Assembly: GCA_017535105.1 (NCBI GenBank)
Contig: JAFXUI010000004.1
Location: forward strand, 35,952 to 99,951
DNA: 64,000 bases
Direction: 5' to 3'
DNA from: Alphaproteobacteria bacterium
GTDB lineage: Bacteria; Pseudomonadota; Alphaproteobacteria; Rs-D84
Both the position numbers and the translations under genes were made by a program. This document shows, piece by piece, positions 58,730 to 64,000 of the stretch. The notes beneath the pieces are model-generated. The model searched no databases, was not told the origin of the DNA, and worked only from the letters and a program-made list of their open reading frames with translations. The first letter of the stretch is position 1. Every line of letters starts with the position of its first letter.

Positions 58730-59350
58730 ATGAAAGTTATTTTGACAGAAAAAATCACAAAATTAGGTAATATCGGCGATACAGTTGAAGTAAAAACTGG
58801 TTTCGCACGTAACTTCTTGTTGCCAATGGGCAAGGCTATGCGCTGGACACGTGAAAATATCGCGTTGTTCGAAGCCAAAAAAGCCGAATTGGTTGCACGC
58901 GAAGCAGCGGCCAAGAAAACAGCAGAATCTTATGTTGATGCGGTAAAGTCTGCGAAGTTGTATATGATTCGCCAGGCGGGTGATACCGGTCAATTGTATG
59001 GTTCGGTTTCTTCACGTGATATCGCACGCACTTTGAAAGAAGTTGCAAATGTTACCGTCACATCGGCCCAGGTTTTGTTGGGTTCGCCAATCAAATCGAT
59101 TGGTGCATTTGACACACAAATCGCTTTGCACCCAGACGTTATCGTTCCGGTCAAGATTTATGTTGCTCAAACCCAAGACGAAATCGAAGCATTGGTTGCT
59201 GGTAAGGTTTTGACTTTCGGTACCAAGAAAGTTGAAGAAGAACCAGCCGAAGAAAAAACTGAAGAAGCAAAAGCCGAAGAAAAACCTGCGGAAGAAAAGC
59301 CAGCAGAAGAAGCAGCGGCAGAAGCAGAATCAGAAGCCAAGGCTGAATAA
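58730..59350 (+). CDS. rplI: 50S ribosomal protein L9
   Basis: MKVIL...LGNIGD.VEVKTGFARNFLLP, LYGSV, LHPDV; acidic tail. Confidence 0.97.
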   Translation: MKVILTEKITKLGNIGDTVEVKTGFARNFLLPMGKAMRWTRENIALFEAKKAELVAREAAAKKTAESYVDAVKSAKLYMIRQAGDTGQLYGSVSSRDIARTLKEVANVTVTSAQVLLGSPIKSIGAFDTQIALHPDVIVPVKIYVAQTQDEIEALVAGKVLTFGTKKVEEEPAEEKTEEAKAEEKPAEEKPAEEAAAEAESEAKAE

Positions 59351-59373
59351 GATTGGTTGTTTGGTTAGACACA

Positions 59374-59402
59374 GAGTCCCACGTTATCGTGGGACTTTTT
59401 TT
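59374..59402 (+). terminator. Intrinsic terminator
   Basis: AGTCCCACG-TTAT-CGTGGGACTTTTTT. Confidence 0.85.
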
Positions 59403-59441
59403 GTCGCATATATTTTATGGGTGCGCTATAATCGGTTTGAT

Positions 59442-60095
59442 ATGAAATTAGAATCAACGGGTATTTTAATTGGGTTGCAACCAATCAACGAACGCGATTC
59501 GGTGGGGCATATTTTTACGCGCGATTTTGGAATGCTGCACGGTGTTATGCGTGGTGCGGTTGTTGCGCGAAAAAATAAACCATTGGTGGCACAGGTTGGG
59601 GCGGTTTCATGGAATGCGCGCCTGGATTCGCAACTGGGGGCGTTTCATTGGGAATCGACCGAAAACTTATCGGCGTCGTTGATGAATAATATGCGTGCGC
59701 TGGCGTGTATGAATGCGGCATTTGCGTTGTTGGATACATTGTTGCCCGAACGCGAGCCGTATATGAATTTGTATGATTCGACAATTACGTTGTTGCGCGA
59801 TTTGGGTGGCGATGATTCAATGGAAAAATATCAGAATTGGGAAATAGGATTGTTGGGCGAATTGGGGTATGCGCTGGATTTGTCGCGTTGTTCGGGTTGC
59901 GGTTGTACCAACAATTTGAATTATTTGTCACCAAAAACGGGGCGGGCGGTGTGCGATGACTGTGCGGCCCCATATATAAATAAGTTGTATAAATTGCCGA
60001 TAAACCTGGATACAACAATGCGTTTTATATCGGGCATTTGTGCACAACAGGGGACGACCATTCCGCCGGCACGACTGTATTTATCACGTATGTAA
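59442..60095 (+). CDS. recO: DNA repair protein RecO
   Basis: WNARLDSQLG, LPEREP, LLGELGYALDLSRCSGCG, SPKTGRAVC. Confidence 0.92.
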   Translation: MKLESTGILIGLQPINERDSVGHIFTRDFGMLHGVMRGAVVARKNKPLVAQVGAVSWNARLDSQLGAFHWESTENLSASLMNNMRALACMNAAFALLDTLLPEREPYMNLYDSTITLLRDLGGDDSMEKYQNWEIGLLGELGYALDLSRCSGCGCTNNLNYLSPKTGRAVCDDCAAPYINKLYKLPINLDTTMRFISGICAQQGTTIPPARLYLSRM

Positions 60096-60184
60096 ATTTT
60101 TTTCATAAAAGTAATATTTATTCCTTGCGAAAACGAAATTTTTTGTCTATGGTAAAACACGTTCAATAAGCAAAGGAGAAAACA

Positions 60185-61009
60185 ATGACTTGGACAATAC
60201 TGATCTTGTTATTGGCAATTGCGTTGTTCTTGTTCGGCGGTATGCTGATTAAGGCTGATGCAAAGAAACCAACAATGGGTCTTATGATTTGTAAAAAATC
60301 AATCAAATTGGTTGCTATTGTTTTGATTGCTGGCTGTGTCACACGCTTGTACACACCATACTATCTTACAAATGTCAACCCTGTTATCGTGAAAGATATG
60401 ATAACTGCTATGCAGGCGCAAGAACAGGTTGAAAAGAACAAAGCCGTTCGTGCATACGTTCGTTCAAACGCAGCAAAGATGATGGCTGATGCCCCAATTT
60501 TGGGTAATCGTGATGCCAAGAAAACAATCTTTGTTTGGACAGACTTCAGCTGCCCATTCTGCCGCCGTGTTCATGGCGAATTGGCACGTGTTTTGGATGA
60601 ACGTGACGATGTTCGCGTAGTTATCAAGAACTTCTCGATTCACGGCGCATTGTCCGATGGTCCAGCAAAGGCTGCAATTGCTGCAAAAATGCAAGATGCA
60701 GACAAAGCTGCTGTTTTTGTTGACATGATGATGACACGTGACTTTTACAGCCAAGAAGATATGAAAGATCAATCGAAATTGGCGGGCAAGGTCGAAGCAA
60801 ACATCATGAAGATGGCAAAAGAAGCTGGTTTGGATACAGACAAGCTGAAAGCCGACATGAAGAACGAAATTGTTTCTCGTGAATTGGCAAATGTTCGTGA
60901 TTTGGCACAACGTTTTGAAATCAACGGTACACCATTCTTGGTTATCGGTGACGAAGCGTTCCCAGGTGCAATTCCATATGAACAAATCATGAAAGCATTG
61001 GATAAATAA
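60185..61009 (+). CDS. Membrane-anchored DsbA/Com1-like thiol-disulfide oxidoreductase
   Basis: Two N-terminal TM helices; DFSCPFC active site; INGTP cis-Pro; PGA. Confidence 0.9.
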   Translation: MTWTILILLLAIALFLFGGMLIKADAKKPTMGLMICKKSIKLVAIVLIAGCVTRLYTPYYLTNVNPVIVKDMITAMQAQEQVEKNKAVRAYVRSNAAKMMADAPILGNRDAKKTIFVWTDFSCPFCRRVHGELARVLDERDDVRVVIKNFSIHGALSDGPAKAAIAAKMQDADKAAVFVDMMMTRDFYSQEDMKDQSKLAGKVEANIMKMAKEAGLDTDKLKADMKNEIVSRELANVRDLAQRFEINGTPFLVIGDEAFPGAIPYEQIMKALDK

Positions 61010-61028
61010 TTGTTCAATGTCGGAAATT

Positions 61029-61058
61029 AAAAACCACCGCAATCGCGGTGGTTTTTTT
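61029..61058 (+). terminator. Intrinsic terminator
   Basis: AAAAACCACCGC-AATC-GCGGTGGTTTTTTT. Confidence 0.85.
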
Positions 61059-61289
61059 GTACGGTACAGAGTGTTATTCCAAATGACATCCGCCATTGCG
61101 GGCAAAGAGAGCAATCGTAAATAACAGTTGCAAAAAGTGTTTGTTTTTGATGATGACAGATTTGAACGTTTTTATAATTGACAAAGTGCCAAGATGCTTA
61201 TTAAAATCACTGCAGGAAGGTGTAAAAATCTAGTCATCCCCAGATTTGATGAACGCTGGGCGTCGGACTTTTGGGGAAAGGGGAATAAA

Positions 61290-63101
61290 ATGAATCGGAA
61301 TAAAAGCCGTTTTTTGACGCTTGTTTTTTCATGTTTCTTTGCGATGTTTATGGTTGGTAATGCATTTGCTATCAAGTGCAGCACAGGTCAGTATGTGAGT
61401 CCTAGTGGTCATTATTGCCTATCATGTGACATGGCTGGCCCCTCGGGTTCATATACATGTAATAACAATTATACTGTTTCATGTAAAGAGGGTTATGTCT
61501 GGACGTCCAGCCGTATTTATTATCACTATAGCAGTGGCTCTTTAGAAGCAACATATTGTTGCCCGCCGGCAGACGTATATCAGGATATTGCTGGGTACAG
61601 CCGCTGTTTATCCCAATGGTCTAATTATGGTGGCGACTACAAGCAGGGTACAGAGTACGACAATGGCGCAACGGTTGTTAATCATGAGTATACATGTCCG
61701 TCGGGGTATACGCGCGTAATGAAACCATTTGTCGGGTGGGGTGATAGTGGGGGTGGTTCTGGAAAAGCGAAGTATTATAATAATATTCCGCAATATGCAT
61801 GCTGTTTAAACGAACATACATATTTGGGCCCGGACGGTACAACCAAGTTCTGTGCCGATGATAAAACAAATTTGTATTCGTCTCGTGACGAAAGAATAGC
61901 ATTTATTGAAGAAAAATCAGATGGCACCAAAGAGTTCAAGTGTCTTGCAACTGGGTGGACGAACTATGGCAATCGTAACTTTCGTGCGGCAATAATGAAT
62001 CGTGACCACATTGACACGCCAAACGCTCGGTCGTATTGGGCTTGTCAGTCAGTTTTGTATTACAGCAATCAACCCTGTTCAAGTTCCTACTCGCCACCGG
62101 AAATTAGCTGTGGCGGTAGTGACGGTTTTACAGTAAGTTGTTACAATCCGATAACGGACGAAAGTTCTGGCAAGGTGACAGGTTATAACAATAACAAATC
62201 GGGATATCCAATGGATGGTACCTCGTACCGGGGATGCGAAGTAGATGTGGCGGTATCGGGTAAAACGGGTTGTAAAGATAACAAAGTTATATATCGTTAT
62301 GATTTAAGCACAAGTGGCAGTTATGCACCAAGTTCTATTAATTATACCAGTACGGGATATGATACGGTGATGGGCACATTTTTTGATTCTTCCTATGCAG
62401 AAACAGCGGATTGGGTGCTGAAAGAGCGCATATTTTCTGCGCAACCGGGATATTACATGAGCGGACTGGATACGTGTGCACAATGTGATGACAAGACTTA
62501 TTCTAAGGGTGGTAATGTCAGAAGTTGTAAACAATGTCCATATTATGGTGGACATACATGGTTGATAGAAGACTTGACTTCAGATACAGAGGGGGAATTT
62601 ATTGCATATCCAGAAAGGTTGTTTGTTGGTGCCTTGGACGGTGGTACCCAGGTAGATGACAATAACAATCAATCTTGCAAGTTTCCCGCAGACAATATCA
62701 CAAGAATTGGCGGAACGTACACAAATCAACGATGTACATTTGACGATACTGGCGCAACGTACAATGTCGAATTACCTTTTTATTCGGGAGATAACTGTTC
62801 TTGTGAATATGTCTATGACTATAATGGATATTCTGGCTGTAAGGCACTTTTTGTTAGGGGATTAGAAGAAAAGATGGATGAGGTATGTCGTGAAGGTGGA
62901 GAAGATGAATGTGGGCTTCGTTTTTACGATGAAGGACATTGGCCGTTATACTATAATGCCACTAGTCTTGGTGCATCTGATGATCCTAGTGACCTTGAAT
63001 TCACAACGCTGTATGATGCCCAAATGTTTGTTCGTGATGTTGTGGAAGAGTTTGGTGTGCCAATTGGGTGCTTGAGTTTTAGTATTGAATATGCCCAATA
63101 A
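61290..63101 (+). CDS. Secreted Cys/Tyr/Gly-rich surface protein
   Basis: Signal peptide ending NAFA; CxxGY units; AQPGYY...CAQC..KTYS......CKQCP (GCC2/ephrin-receptor-like). Confidence 0.8.
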   Translation: MNRNKSRFLTLVFSCFFAMFMVGNAFAIKCSTGQYVSPSGHYCLSCDMAGPSGSYTCNNNYTVSCKEGYVWTSSRIYYHYSSGSLEATYCCPPADVYQDIAGYSRCLSQWSNYGGDYKQGTEYDNGATVVNHEYTCPSGYTRVMKPFVGWGDSGGGSGKAKYYNNIPQYACCLNEHTYLGPDGTTKFCADDKTNLYSSRDERIAFIEEKSDGTKEFKCLATGWTNYGNRNFRAAIMNRDHIDTPNARSYWACQSVLYYSNQPCSSSYSPPEISCGGSDGFTVSCYNPITDESSGKVTGYNNNKSGYPMDGTSYRGCEVDVAVSGKTGCKDNKVIYRYDLSTSGSYAPSSINYTSTGYDTVMGTFFDSSYAETADWVLKERIFSAQPGYYMSGLDTCAQCDDKTYSKGGNVRSCKQCPYYGGHTWLIEDLTSDTEGEFIAYPERLFVGALDGGTQVDDNNNQSCKFPADNITRIGGTYTNQRCTFDDTGATYNVELPFYSGDNCSCEYVYDYNGYSGCKALFVRGLEEKMDEVCREGGEDECGLRFYDEGHWPLYYNATSLGASDDPSDLEFTTLYDAQMFVRDVVEEFGVPIGCLSFSIEYAQ

Positions 63102-63165
63102 AACCCATCGGCCCAGTTGGAAGCACAGGGTGTTTTTGTATATGAATTTAGGATACTTTGTGGTT

Positions 63166-63894
63166 TTACATTACAAAGTCTTCGCCCAGATAGACCTTTT
63201 TAACCATTTCGTCGTTGATGATTTCTTTGGTGGTGCCTTGCTTTAATATTTTTCCATCGTGCAAGACGTAACTGCGGTCGGTAATCCCCAACGTTTCGCG
63301 AACATTGTGGTCGGTGATAATCACGCCCAAACCGCGATTTTTTAATTGCGACACCAGCGAACGAATTTCATTAACAGCAATTGGGTCAATTCCGGCAAAT
63401 GGTTCGTCCAACAAAATAAACTTTGGGTCGTTTGCCAACGCGCGCGCAATTTCCACACGGCGCCGTTCACCACCCGACAATGCCGTTGCCGGACTGTTCC
63501 GCAGTGATGATATAGCAAATTCTTCCAATAACGCATCTAACTTTTGTTTGCGTTTTTTCTTGTCCGGTTCAACAACTTCCAAAATCGACATAATGTTTTG
63601 TTCAACCGTCATGCCACGGAAAACACTGTTTTCCTGGGGTAAATAACCAATGTGCAAACGGGCACGCTGATAGAACGGCAGATGGGTAATATCCTGGGAA
63701 TTCAAAAATATTTGTCCGCCGGTGGCATTTAACTGGCCCGTTATACAATAGAACGCGGTTGTTTTTCCCGCACCGTTTGGCCCAAGCAAGCCGACCGATT
63801 CGCCCTGGCGTGCGTACATTGATATGTCACGCAGAACCATGCGTTTGCCATACGACTTTGATAAATGTTCAACACGTAATTCAGATTGCTTCAT
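63166..63894 (-). CDS. lptB: LPS export ABC ATPase LptB
   Basis: GPNGAGKTT, GYLPQE, LSGGERRRVEIARAL, LDEPFAGIDP, TDHNVRETL, VYLGEDF. Confidence 0.97.
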   Translation of the reverse strand: MKQSELRVEHLSKSYGKRMVLRDISMYARQGESVGLLGPNGAGKTTAFYCITGQLNATGGQIFLNSQDITHLPFYQRARLHIGYLPQENSVFRGMTVEQNIMSILEVVEPDKKKRKQKLDALLEEFAISSLRNSPATALSGGERRRVEIARALANDPKFILLDEPFAGIDPIAVNEIRSLVSQLKNRGLGVIITDHNVRETLGITDRSYVLHDGKILKQGTTKEIINDEMVKKVYLGEDFVM

Positions 63895-64000
63895 AGTTTT
63901 ATCACCAATTCATCTGTTAATATTTTGTCGTTTGTTGTTGAATCAACATGTACGTTTCCCGTCAGCGTAATAGAACGCTTTTGTATGTCATAACGGCCCG
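63891..64000 (-). CDS. LptA/LptC-like beta-jellyroll protein, C-terminal end (partial)
   Basis: GRYDIQKRSITLTGNVHVDSTTNDKILTDELVIKL*; ATGA overlap with lptB. Confidence 0.65.
   Translation of the reverse strand, partial: GRYDIQKRSITLTGNVHVDSTTNDKILTDELVIKL

Noticed and set aside
1-64000. CRISPR array or cas genes
   Set aside because: No regularly spaced short direct repeats with unique spacers and no Cas motifs; the tandem repeats seen are in-frame coding repeats.

Overview
Chromosomal window from a compact-genome alphaproteobacterium. It carries a CcrM-type methyltransferase, LptB and an acidic-tailed L9. The scrambled gene order and many Cys-rich orphans resemble the uncultured gut lineage Rs-D84/'Ca. 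Enterousia'; that taxonomy is an inference. Housekeeping genes (xerC 3' end, hup, alaS, rnj, rpoA-rplQ, ccrM, nrdR-slt-rnhB-pgk, clpPX, infA, mscS, rpsF-rpsR-rplI, recO, dsbA-like, lptB, tRNA-Gln) alternate with many large exported proteins. The strongest unexplained signal is a dispersed superfamily of about 8 signal-peptide-bearing, Cys-rich proteins in four loci. They share CxxxYxxCMDxFC and C-x6-C-x3/5-CG-x-[DN][FYW]-x2-C modules, a beta-hairpin plus glycine-zipper module, and one OmpA-anchored member. This is a candidate undescribed multi-subunit envelope, pore-forming or host-contact apparatus. Other notable items: a shared C-terminal NQKTK tag on two orphan proteins, a protein dense in Bacteroidota-type O-glycosylation sequons, an ankyrin/pseudo-subtilase autotransporter, a Pmp-repeat/YadA-anchor hybrid adhesin, a GT8 plus three-kinase cluster, a gene bracketed by inverted REP-like elements, tRNA-Gln 3'-end repeats, structured 5' leaders, and an AlaRS lacking C-Ala. 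No CRISPR array, prophage or transposase was seen.
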